From: Macrostomum lignano
Taxonomy: Eukaryota
NCBI GenBank assembly: GCA_002269645.1
Contig: NIVC01001359.1
Span: 1-64,000, forward strand
DNA length: 64,000 nucleotides
Reading direction: 5' to 3'
In this document: positions 49,475 through 61,384 of the stretch, in pieces
Layout of the letters: each line of letters begins with the position of its first letter
How positions within the stretch are numbered: position 1 is the first letter of the stretch
The notes under the pieces: model-generated
What the model was told of the DNA's origin: nothing
Database searches by the model: none
Seen by the model: only the letters and a program-made list of their open reading frames with translations
Position numbers and translations under genes: made by a program

Positions 49475-51041
49475 TGACGAATTTTACAAGCTTAAAGTTT
49501 CATGAGTGTACAAAAAATTGACGTGAATAACTTATGCCGCATGTTATTCCGTACGTTATTCCGCACGTAATTCCGCATGTTATTCCGTAAGTTATTCCGC
49601 ACGTTATTCCGCACGTTATTCCGCACATTATTCCTCATGTTATTCCGTACGTTATTCCGCACGTTTTTCCGTACGTTATTCCGCACGTTATTCCGCACAT
49701 TATTCCGCACGTTATTCAGCACTTTATTCCGCACATTTTTCGCATGTTATTAGGCATTTTTCCACGATGTCCTGTATAAGATTTACAAGTAATTTTTCCA
49801 TTTGATACATTTTAAATGTAAAGCAAAAGCCTAATGTACATGAGCTTGTCGTTATATTTTCCTGGATTACGCGAGTTGAGTGCATGTACATGGCATTCGT
49901 AAAATTATAATTGACTGCAACAGAGTACTGTAGTTGCAGAGTTGTAAGTTGAGTTACAGAGTTGCATGCACAGAGCTGGGGTCGCGGAGAGGTTGAGAAA
50001 AGAAGATAAAAGTGACTACTTATCAACATATATTAAATTAATGAAAGAATCACATCATACATGTACAAGGTCACTACAGGACGCAAAATGAAGTGTTCTT
50101 TGATACTGAAAGAAGTTTACGCTTTAACAAATATTATAAGTGCTAACACCAAATAAAAAACTAATGTGTAGTAAGTAAACCGTATTACTGCATTTAGCTA
50201 ATTTAGCTTTTTTTACAATTATATTTTATGCAGATCGTCATACTTATTAAAAACTATCTATATCTTCACGTTTTTGACGTGGAAATCATGTATGGAACGC
50301 GTAAGTTAGACTAGGGGCCTTTTCATATTACCAATTCCAGAACCAGAATCGGTTCGGAATTCCAAGAAAAACAGCAGTATAACTTAAACTCTGTTAATAT
50401 TTGACTGCCTTAATAAACCTCACTTAGCACAATTTTTCACTTTCTTCTTGGCGATTGTCATTTAATAATAAAAACTTTATAGCACGTATCTCCCTAGCTC
50501 TAGTTATGGAGACTAAAAGTTATACTTCACAAATTGGTTCTGGTTCTAGAACCAGAACAAGCAATATGAAAAAACCCTTTGGTGGGAAATATGTTAAAAA
50601 AGTAGATGTGCGGACTATTGTGCGGAATAAAAATTCGGAATAGCGTGCGGAATAATATTCGGAATAATGTGCGGAATAACGTGCGGAATAAAATGCGGAA
50701 TAACGTGCGGAATAAAATGCGGAATAACGTGCGGAATAACATGCGGAATAAAATTCGGAATAGTGCGGAATAATATTCGGAATAATGTGCGGAATAACGT
50801 GCGGAATAACGTGCGGAATAACGTGCGGAATAACATGCGGAATAATATGCGTAATAACGTGCGGAATAAGATGCGGAATAACGTGCGGAATACCGTGCGG
50901 AACAACATGCGGACCATGCGGAATAACTAGCGGAACGTGCGGAATAACGTGCGGAATAACATGCGGAATAACATGCGTAATAACGTGCGGTGTATGTTAC
51001 ACTCATAAAAATTGCGGACATTAATCTTTTAAAACTCGTTA
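49475..51041. mobile_element. Foldback-like element: inverted pair of 12-bp arrays with matching outer unique arms
   Basis: Left array (ttattccgcacg)n ~49534-49750; right array (cgtgcggaataa)n ~50603-50990. Outer arms acgaattttacaagcttaaagt..atgagtgta versus reverse complement acgagttttaaaagattaatgt..atgagtgta (18/22 plus a shared 9-mer). Confidence 0.7.
50323..50580. mobile_element. Possible small MITE nested inside the foldback-like element
   Basis: ggggccttttcatatt...aatatgaaaaaaccc inverted ends and shared agaaccagaa motifs; no clean TSD. Confidence 0.35.
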
Positions 51042-52463
51042 AGTTTAGTTAGGGCTCAAACAGCGTTTGTTTATGCAGAGAAAAAATTGTGTTCTTTTGT
51101 AAAAATATTTATAAGTAAAATTTTATTTTAACGATTGTCTACTTTATGCATTTTAATAAAATCTAGTAATAAAGGTTTTGTTTTAACTTACATTTACTGA
51201 ACTCTTTACAAATTTTTAACAAATATATTTTCGCTCCATTTTGAAGGCGCAAAACCAGATTCAATTTACTCTACAACCTCCTAAATTTGTGCTTAGAAGT
51301 GTGATTGTAAACCTATTCATATTGTTCATATTTCCAGCGTATATGGTCAAAATAAGTGCTTAATTCAGTTTTGTCCCAAAAAGTCTATGCAATTTGCGAT
51401 TCATTTAAGTTACTCTCTTAAAACTGTGATATAATAGGTGAGTCCATTTGCTTTGACCTGCTTTCGCTTAATTGTTAATACTGGTGTGTTTAAACTGTTA
51501 GATATATAAAAATTTTACTTATTGTCTATTGTTTATTTATCCTACACTAACCCTTCAATTATTTCGTTTAAAACCTCAGCCATAATGTCAAAGATAAGCA
51601 AGATAGGCCTAACTCTATAATTGTTAATTGATCATCACCCAGTGACCTAGGTTCATTTTTACTATTTAAATAAGGAAATACATAAAAACCTTGAGACCAT
51701 AGCCTGTATTACTAAACAAAAAACAATATATGACATATGGTTACAATGTTGTGTGTTTAATATTTTTTATTAATTTTATAATTATAAAATTATCATAATT
51801 AAGAGTAAGAAAACCTATGATGGCTATGAATCATTATATATTTCACTATTTTAAATGTATAATGCTCAACAGTTTAGGAGAGAGCCTACTAGATACTATC
51901 TTTATTATTATAATCTAACAATGCTTACTTTTTGATCAGTTTTTTCTATATTAGTATATAATTTGTATAGGCCTAAATTTAATTGATAAATAGGCATGAA
52001 GTAAAAATTTTAGCTTTATTCAAATTATTTAACATAATTCATTATAATATGAATTATATATACTATATTATTTAATTTTATACCATAACTCAAAATTCAA
52101 ATTCAATTCCATAATTCAAAATTTAATAACTCTGAATTTAATAGCCTTATTTTTATTTTATATTAAAGTTAACAATTAAAATCTTTTAAATGATTAATAA
52201 ATATTTATACATTTCATAATAGGCTGTTTTGGTTATAGAAAATAATTTAAAGTAAACAATTTTATAGAGTTGATATATTGTCTTTGGTAGTTTATTTCAT
52301 TTAATTAATTTAATGTGAAATATTATCAAGAAACTAAGATGTTAATATTTTTTAGAGTTTTATAGAATTTTAATTTAACTAAACCTTGTTCAATATTTTT
52401 ACCTATGTGAATGAAAATAATTAAGCAATTCTTACAAAATAAAATTTTCACAGGCCAAACATA

Positions 52464-55400
52464 ATGCGAACAAAAACTCAGCCAGGTGGCAGCAACAGTT
52501 GCAAGTCTTCATCTGGCGCCCCATCTGAAGCTGGCGATGTCTCTGTCCCTGCCACAGCCTCCATGGCTACCTCTAGCACTGCTGCTACCTCGCCAACCCC
52601 AGTGAAGAAGTCAGATCGCCTGGCTAAAAAGCGACTCCTTGGCGGCCCCCTGACTGGTCTGGCCGCAGCTGCCATGGCCGCCATCTCCCGGCCAGCCAAG
52701 CGAGCTCGAACTTCAACAGCTGGCAGAGCTGCCAGTCCCAGTGTCAGCCAAGATCCCGCCGCAGAAGCGGCTGGCTTGTCCAACCAATCTACTAAGCCGT
52801 CAAAGCGCGGCCGACCGCCAAATCCTGATAAAATTTCGCGGCCTGTCACCCAGCGACGGTCTGTGGGCCGACCGCCAACTAAAGCTCTGCAGGTGCCAAT
52901 GAAGGTGATGCATCAATACGAGGAGCGCCAGCAGCAACTGAGGCGCAAAGCCGCCGCTTTAAAAGATCAGGCTAGTGATGAGCAGGCTCAGAAACAGGAG
53001 CAACAGGCTCCTCTGCTGCCATTGGCTGCTCAGCGTCGTAGCCTCGATACCAATGTTGTTGTTAGGCTTCGCAGGCTGAGCTCAAACGATGCCGAGGTTC
53101 TAGCAGCCGCCGCCGCTGCTAGGGACGCTATCTCTTCGTTACCAGGGAGACGGTCTACAGACACATTGGAGTGCAATAAGCAATTGAAACGGTTGGTTAA
53201 ATTAAATTGTATTTTCATGTTAATAGTCTTTCTTTGTGTGCTAGGGATGTTATTTGACTTACCTGTAATCTTGGTACATAAATTATTATGAAAGATAAAG
53301 TACAAGACAATCACGAACTGTTAGAACCAGCAGAATGATGGAAAGTTTAGAGTAGAAAGATTAATATACATAAGGTAAAACAGATAGGAAGCACATGAGA
53401 ATGCGATTGAAGATGTAGGGGATTAGCATCAATGAAATAGAAGATTTGAGATATGTATGATTTAGGATATGGGGGATCAGAAACTGGAGATTATAGATTT
53501 TGGGGTTCAGGGACGTACATGATTTGAGATATTGGGGATCAGGGACCTACGGGATTTGGAATATTGGGAATCAGGGACACACGGGATTAAGGATATTGGG
53601 GATCAGGGACCTACGGGATTTGGAATATTGGGAATCAGGGACACACGGGATTAAGGATATTGGGGATCAGGGACCTACGGGATTTGGAATATTGGGGATC
53701 AGGGACACACGTGATTAAGGATACTGGGTATCATGGAAATACGGGATTAAGGATATTGGAGATCAGGGACACACGGGATTAAGGATATTGGGGATCAGGG
53801 ACACACGAGATTAATGATATTGGGGATCAGGGACACACGGGATTAAGGATATTGGGGATCAGGGACACACGGGATTAATGATATTGGGGATCAGGGACGT
53901 ACAGCATTTGGGTATTGAAGATCAGAGGTGTCGAATAGTCATGTCCCCATGCCTGATCTCTATGTTCCTAATCCCCTATATTCTTATCTCCCGAATAAAA
54001 GAGACTAATGGTGCTCTCAAATTCACAGGCTGGTATCGTCACTGCGAGACGTGTGCCCAGCCGGCTACCGGGCCTGCTCCCTGATCGATCCTGGCGAAGT
54101 CAACGCCGAGGCCGAAGCAAAAGTAGCCGGCCTGGCCTGTCTTGGCCTGGTGCCATCTGAGGCTGGGCAGGCTATCCGGGAAGCTATCCAGGTTTGTTTC
54201 GCAGTTTCTGCGTTTTGAGTTAGCAGCCCCGCTGGATGTTAGATAGATCGTCTGAGTTTTACACTCTTTTTTTCAGAATTTCAGACAGATCTTGTCAGTT
54301 TGAAATAGACGCCAGATTTAGATTGACCTCAATTTTAGAGAGACCCTGGTTTTAAGTTAGACCTCAGTTTTAGGTAGACCCACAGTTTTAGTTTTAGATA
54401 GACCCTCAGTTTTAGATAGACCCCATTTTTAGATTGACCTCAGGTTTAGATTGACCTCAGTTTTAGATAGACCCCATTTTTAGATTGACCTTAGTTTTAG
54501 ATAGACCTTAGTTTTAGAGAGACCCAGGTTTTTAGTTAGACCTCAGTTTTAGATAGATGTCCGTTTTAGTTGGATCAACCCAGTTTTAGATAGACCTCTC
54601 TATCGTAGACCTCAAAGCTTGAGTCTCCACCCACCCGCTATGCAGGGCCAGGCGCTCCGGCTGCAGCTTCACCGAGCCACATCGTCTCGCCAGCCAATGC
54701 GGCTCTGCCGTCACGTGCACAAGCGCAAGCCCGACCCCAACATCCTGGTGCTGCACAACGGCAAGTACATCTCCAAGGAGGAGGTCCGGCAGCAGAAGCA
54801 GGCTGCTCAAGTTGCTAACGCCGCAGCCGCCGCCGCCTCCTCCATGGAACAGCAGAAGCGTCGTCGCCTAGCAACCGGCCTAGCAACCGCTTCAAGTTCG
54901 AAAACAACAACGGGAGGTCGACGGCGTCACGCCGGGCAGGAGCATCGGCATCGACTGTGGCCGCTCTGCCGGCAGCCAAACCTTCGGGCGTCCAGCCAGC
55001 CGACTTTCAGCCTGCACCCGGGCTCCGCTAAGTTTGTCAAAATGCCGACGTGGCCAGCGACTCGCTTGGCGGAGTTCTGTCCGAGGACGACTTCGAAGAG
55101 GAATACGAGGAGGAGCTGCTGGATGAAGAGCCGGACGATGGCGAGGACTCTGAAGGCGTTGCCAGTTCCGTTGAACCGGCTGGCACGGCCAAATCAACTG
55201 CTTCCAGCGGCTCGCAAGGATTCGAAGTGGCCGGTCTGGCTCAGGGTCAGACAGACGATCCTGCTAGCGAGAAGCAGAGTCTGCAACGACGAAAGCAGCA
55301 GACTCGACCGGAAGCACTGCAGAGCTCCGAAGATCGGCATCAGTCCATGATCAAGCGGGAGCCGCGGGTTGCCATTCGCCGATTCGGTAAGCGTCGTCAA

Positions 55401-58400
55401 GTCGGCACAGCGGCGGCGGCGGCGGCGGCTTCAAGGAAGAAGCAGGAAATCGAGAACGAAGACGATTCGGTGTCGTCTGCCTCGGGTCACGGCGGCATTC
55501 GCCGATCGAAGCGTAAAGTTGATCTCAGATCGAAACTGCTGCAGTGGAACATGTTTAGCGAGGAGCGGAAGCAGCAGCAAAGAGACCAGGCGGCGATGCC
55601 CGGCGGCGCCAAGCCGAAGGTCAGCATCATGGACAGTGACAAGAAGCGGCACGCACCAGTCGGCGTTGAAACCCAATTGAACAAACTGTGGCAGCAATCA
55701 ACCGGCGGCAATAAGAAGAAAAAGAAGCGCCTACAGAAGCAGCCAATGTCGCCGCTAAGCTTGCCGTGGTCCAGCACTGCCGCTGCTGATGGTGGCGGAG
55801 ATGCCAAAGAGTTCCCTGACAACAACAACTCGGCAACAGTTGACACCGGCATCAAGTCGGAGAATCAGCAAGCGGACAACAACGATCCGTCCACGGTGCC
55901 GAAATCGACATCGAGCGGCGCCGGCCGGCAGGAGCGGAAGCAGATTTTTGGCAGCGGCGTGACGCCCGCATTTCCACTGTCGCACAGCCTGACCAGGGAG
56001 CTGCAGGCGCTCACTAACGATCTGAGCTGCGACGTTGAAATTCAACGCTCAATGCCGTTCGACAAGTTCATTGTTAACGTTGTAGATTTGAGCCTGGGCG
56101 ATTTAGAAACTTTGCAGGAACGTTTAGACGATTCGTCTTTTAAATTGCGCGCGGTGAAGCACAAACTGGTGAACAGTACAGGCCTGGTGTTCTGTGCCGT
56201 TCTTGTCCAGAGAAAGTCCAATGTTATTCGCAGCATTCGCAGGATGTTAGACAGCGCTGATAATTGGGAGAGCTCCAGCTCAAATGCTGAGGATGCCGAA
56301 GAGGAAACTGCCGAAGAGAAGGCCGCTATTGCTAATCTGTCTGCTTCTGTGTCTGCTAACGCTACTGCGACTGCCGCTTGCAGCAGCGCCGGCGTTGCCC
56401 AGTTCACCTCCGAGGAGGTCAAAGCTGCCATCAGCTATGTTCGAATCGAGAAAGCGGCGGCCGCTGCTGCCACCGGCGCCGCGTCAGCTAGTTCAACTGG
56501 AAGCGACGGCAACGCACCGGAAGCAGAAACGGAAGCCGCTGTTGCGATGCTACAACAGCAGGAACAGCAACAGCCTCCGCCGCCGCCTCCGCCCCCGCCG
56601 CCGCCTCCTCAGCCGCGCCAACCGACAGCATTTGAGCTGCTAAAGATGCAACGCCGTCAACAGCAGAGCCAGCATCAGAAGCATCAGCAGCCACATTCTC
56701 CATCGCTGTTGCCAACGCAGACTGTGCATCTACGTCACGGATCTGGTAGTCAGTCGGCTGTACCTGTCGGTGTACTCTCTGCTCAGCCGAATCAACAGGC
56801 CGCTGCTCCAGCACAACGGCATTGTCAGGTTCGACCAGCCTATCCTGGCATTGTGCTACGGCATCCTAGCGGGGCATCACTGAGCTCGCAGCCTTATCAA
56901 CGGGTGCCTGTGGCCTCTCCTAATCTGACTCGGCTGGCTCCTGTTAGCTCGGGCAACTCCCTGTTCCGGTCCATCCTACCAATGCAGCAGCCGCAGCAGC
57001 CCCCGCAGTTGTCTACAGCGTCTTCTACAACAGCAGCACCAGTTGCCACCGCAACCGCTGCGGCGTCAACTTCGACAACAATTCGAATGCCGGCACCGAA
57101 TCGAGTGTTTAATGTACACGTCAGCGCGTCCAATCAGACCGAACAGCCGCGCCAAGGTCCTAAACGCAAATCTATGATTGTCTTACCGGAAGGCGACACT
57201 CTGTTTATCGAGGGCAATCATCCCAATCTTGAGTCGGTTATTAACAGCGTGCTGGAGTCTCGGCCGGCTTATCGTCAGTCCAGAGCCGACGCCGCTGCCA
57301 CCGCTGTCGCCACCGCGCGACACCAGCTGTCTCGTTGGCCAGTTCGACAAGTTCGAGCCAGCTGGAGTCCCCAGTAGCACCCACGCATCAGGTCCAGCAG
57401 GCGCCGTCGTCCGTCAGAATGGTGCAGCAGTTTCCCAAGACCACGGCTATTATAAGAATAGTTTTAAAACTATGCAACAGCAACAGCAGCAATTGCTTCT
57501 TCAAGGTGTGGCTGCATCGTCTGCTACTACTGCTACTCCAGCGTCTAGTAGTAGTTACACTGTCACTTCGGTTAAAATTCGCAATCCAAACTCGCGACCG
57601 ACTAGTGGCGACAATGTGTCCAGCGTATTCGATAGCGCCTCAGTAGGTGCTCCATCTAGCAGCAGCGAACTGACTACTCAATCGCTGTGTCTGCTCAACC
57701 GTTTCGTGTCAGCTTCAAAGAGTACATGAATGTGAAGCTGAAGATGGAGCAGCAGCGGCAGGATGAATTGGAGCAGACACGCGGTCGACTGATTGATCAC
57801 CTTGGACGGGCCGGCGCGGCGGCCGTTGCGGCTCCAACAGTCGCTAGCATCGCGGCACCTGGCAATACAGCAGTAGTAGCAGCAGATGCGGCCAATACCA
57901 GTGTGTCTGCTTCAAGCGCTACAGCTGCTGCTGCTGCTGCTGCTGGCAACAAAAGAATCATGTTTCCTATAGTGTGTCGGTGCCCAAATGGGCTACTAGA
58001 GGTCAGCAGCAGCAACAGCAGGAAGTGTCAAATCAGGCATCTGCAACTCAGTCTCCTGTAGCTAACCATCCCGCAGTGGCTACTAGCAGTAGTGCTACCA
58101 GCATTAGTAGCAGTCCCGGTTCTGCGCCAACCTCCACTGCACCAATTGGTATTGTTCACGGTAAAGTGTCCGTTCTGCGAACTGCTGTCGCCTCCGCAGC
58201 AACTTCGGCTGGGACTGCTGCAACTCCAACTGCATCGGTTGCTCCGCCAGTTCTAGTTCTGGCAGCCGCTCAGCGCACCACAGATCTGCAACGACAAGCG
58301 GCCGTGTTTCCCATGAGCTTGTTGAAGAAGAGTACAATTCTGCAGATGCCGCAGGGTGTCCTGTCGACTAATAGTAATACTACTACGGCTGCGGCTACTT

Positions 58401-58516
58401 CAAGTTCGACTTCGTCACCACCCGGTGGAGAAGCCGCCGCTAATACCGTTTCTGCTTCGACTGCTTCTTCAACTGTTTCCGCTGTTAGTAGAAGCTCTTC
58501 ATCGCCAACGAAATGA
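52464..58516 (+). CDS. Large low-complexity orphan, probably nuclear (AT-hook-like motifs); reading frame interrupted by ~5 frameshifts in the last exon
   Basis: Phase-consistent exons 52464..53191, 54029..54191, 54646..58516. KRGRPP and VGRPPTK motifs, acidic tract EDDFEEEYEEELLDEE, basic KKKKKR, Gln/Ala/Ser/Thr-rich tail. Overlapping ORFs 54619, 55050, 57335, 57178, 57687, 57974 tile the exon in successive frames. Confidence 0.7.
53480..53910. repeat. 26/27-bp minisatellite in orphan intron 1
   Basis: tattggggatcagggacacacgggattaagga-type units. Confidence 0.9.
54290..54610. repeat. Degenerate ~17-19 bp minisatellite in orphan intron 2
   Basis: ttttagatagacctcag-type units. Confidence 0.85.
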
Positions 58517-60399
58517 TGCTGCATGAACACTGTAAGCTATTTTATAGTTTGAGGCAAATAATGACCATACTGTTTTGCTTCAAAAAAGAGTTGCAAAAGT
58601 TAAGCAGACTTTGACAGGAGCTTATTAACAATTAATGAATGCAATTGTCACCTTTGGTATTATTTAATTCTGTGTAAGTAGTCCATTGCAAGTAGTTCAA
58701 AACTAGAATAATCATTTGTTTAACACAGTGAAAACACACATTTTACTGCAGCTGAATATACTGTTCTTGTTGTTATGGTGGTTTTGCTTTTTGTTAATTT
58801 GCTTGTCTAATATAAATGCCATTATTTATTTTGTTGCTATAATTATTATTTTGTCAATTTGTCAATGCCTTTTTATTTTTAATATTATATAGGTGTGATT
58901 GGCGGTAAAGTATTATTATAGTAACAATTATTAATTAATAGACTTGTTGTGCTTACTTCAATGTGTTTTGTTCTAAATTTCATAAATCTTGCCTCAAGTT
59001 GGGCTTTTCTTATTTTTTATGGTCAAAATTGCTCTCTGGTTGGCAATAATTTTGTTGCTATTAAATCACAATGAAAATCCCCATTAGTGAGTAGCTAGAT
59101 ACGCTTCGTGCAATCATTTTATAAACTTAGTTTAAAACGCTGTTTCTTTCATTTCTAAATGCTACCCACTGTAAGTCAATATTTTTTCATTCATTTGTTT
59201 CTGTTTGTTTTAAAATAAAATGAAAATAATTCTGTATCGAACACTTCAAAAATATTATATTCGTGCTTGCTTACTTACTAGTAGTAGTATTTGTCTTGTC
59301 TCAATTTTGCATGTCATTATTAACTTATTAACTTATATTATATATTGTTTAACAACACAATGCACTACTTGCGGTACAGTAATATCTGTGCTGCAGTGTT
59401 CAAATGACTCGATTGTAATTTGGATTCTCCATCCCGCAAAATGCTTTTCAGTTTTGTCTGTCTGTTTTGCCTTGGTTAATTTCAGTGTTTCAGGGGCCAA
59501 GCACCACAGCTCAGAGAGTGTGCGATTAGACAGTCAGGGCTGGGGTTGTGGAATGATGTCGCCCGAATTTTACAAACTCTTGCTTGAAATGCCCGAAATT
59601 GAAATCTCTGTTACTCCACCCACATAATGTACATGTATTCGTGTTGCATGTGCATGTGTCCCTCCAGTAAAAGCTATTACATGTAAGGGGATATGCCAAT
59701 GCTTTTTGCCCCCTCCACCCCACGTTGTGAACCGTTGTTTCAGGGCGTCGCCTGCTAAGACAATTTATTGAGATTTGCTTCAGGCAACAGACCCCTCCAA
59801 TTCTCCGATTACGTCATATATTACCTCTCATAGAAGCAGATATATGTATGTAGCAATTGAAACTGACTTTTTCGTTGCACATTATGTTATAGTATCATCC
59901 GATTCATACCCAAACAAACCTCTACCTAAATTTGACACCATAACCCCTGAATTGTTTAGGTGTAGGCCGCCTACAGGTAGCCTGTATAGGTGTGTGTTAT
60001 CAATGCAAAACTCGAGACTGAATTGGGGCTTCATAAGAACCAAATTCCACAACACCAAAAATTACTGCATGTTCCTTGTTCTATTTAGTTTTCTATGATA
60101 TGAAATTTGAAATAAATGTAATGTACATGTAGCTGTTTATAAATAGTCTGCATGTCGCGACTTATACAGTTCTCAGCGTTTGTAATTAATGTGCATCGTC
60201 CTTTCACGTGGCATTCATTCAGCGGCTTGCGTGCCTCTTCGCATTATTGAGTGGCTTCCGTTGTACGCGATGCGCGTCAAAAGACAGTGAACTAGCCCAG
60301 TCCAAAATTGTGTCTAATGTGTGTCCTGGATACCCCGTCTTGCAGCCTACAAGGCAGTACAGTGTTGACGGTAATCCTGAATCTGTCACCGAACTTTCC

Positions 60400-60900
60400 G
60401 CTCAGTTGCATGTCGTGCTCCAAAGCAACGCCCTGTCGGACCAGTTGAAGACCCGACTGTTCCAGGCAAGCGGTGCTCCTCTACAACGCCGAGACATGGA
60501 CCAAACGGATGGAGGTCCTGGAGCGAAAACTGGACGCGGTGCACTCCAGCCTGCTACGCGCTACCTTCAACATCCACCGTCACGCCGAGCACGTCACCAA
60601 CCAGGCCCTCTGTCAACGGGCCAAGCTGGGCCCTCCCAGCATGACCCTGCGACAGCGACGCCTGAAGCTGGCGGGTCGCGTCATCCGTGCCGCGTCAACT
60701 GCCCAGAACTCCTTCCGGCGGGGCAGGCCCGGACCCGGAGGTTCGTCGACTGTGTTGACGGAAGGTGCCAAGTCGCCTGATCAGGCCAACGGTGTTGCCT
60801 TTATTAGAGACTGTGCGACTAAGCCTGTTTTTTTGACATTGTCCCCCCTTTTCCTGACCACTTTGTGGTCGGAGGACCTTGTATCTATTGTATTGTATTG
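60400..60900 (+). mobile_element. 5'-truncated, frameshifted non-LTR retrotransposon (RTE-like) 3' fragment
   Basis: LQSNALSDQLKTRLFQA / VLLYNAETWT...KLDAVHSSLLR...RQRRLKLAGRVIR...RRGRP is the typical post-RT region of RTE-clade elements; short (TATTG)n tail at ~60886-60900. Confidence 0.8.
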
Positions 60901-60978
60901 TCACCGAACTAGCTGCAGCCTCCAGCTTCATGCTTCCGGAAAAACTGTAGCTCAATGGAATTTAGCCTGATACATGTA

Positions 60979-61175
60979 CTCAACAACACTGAAAAGTCGC
61001 CATCACAGAAGATTCCGTCAGTGGTCGCCACTTTTGAGTGCAGGTAAAGTCTCTCAATCTTTGCGAGTGACGCAACTTGCAGCTACGCCGCGGAAGACTT
61101 GAGTTGAGGAATGAAGTGGGGCCAAGAGATATTGCTCACTGGCGCATCGAGTGGCGACTTTTCAATGTGGCTGAG
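60979..61175. mobile_element. 197-bp Tc1/mariner-type MITE with TA target-site duplication
   Basis: 24-bp TIRs CTCAACAACACTGAAAAGTCGCCA (60979-61002) and 61152-61175 match at 21/24; TA on both sides (60977-78, 61176-77). Confidence 0.8.
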
Positions 61176-61384
61176 TATACGTAGCTCGTACTTTAATCAT
61201 GCTTACGGGCGTATCTATTGATAAAACTTATCCAGCCGATTGTCTGCCTTAGACTTAGAGTTCTCAGCCATAGACAATTGATGATCTTAATATTCCCCAA
61301 TCGAGAACTTAATAACGTGTATAAGCTGTCATTGCACTGGCATTAAATAGGTTAGATTACATCAGACTGATTCACAAAAGAAGA

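Noticed and set aside
47300-52440. Short ORFs in AT-rich DNA (48387, 49724, 50455; similarly 13657, 21833, 28530, 59220)
   Set aside because: Non-ATG or weak starts, AT-rich composition unlike true exons here, no recognisable domains.
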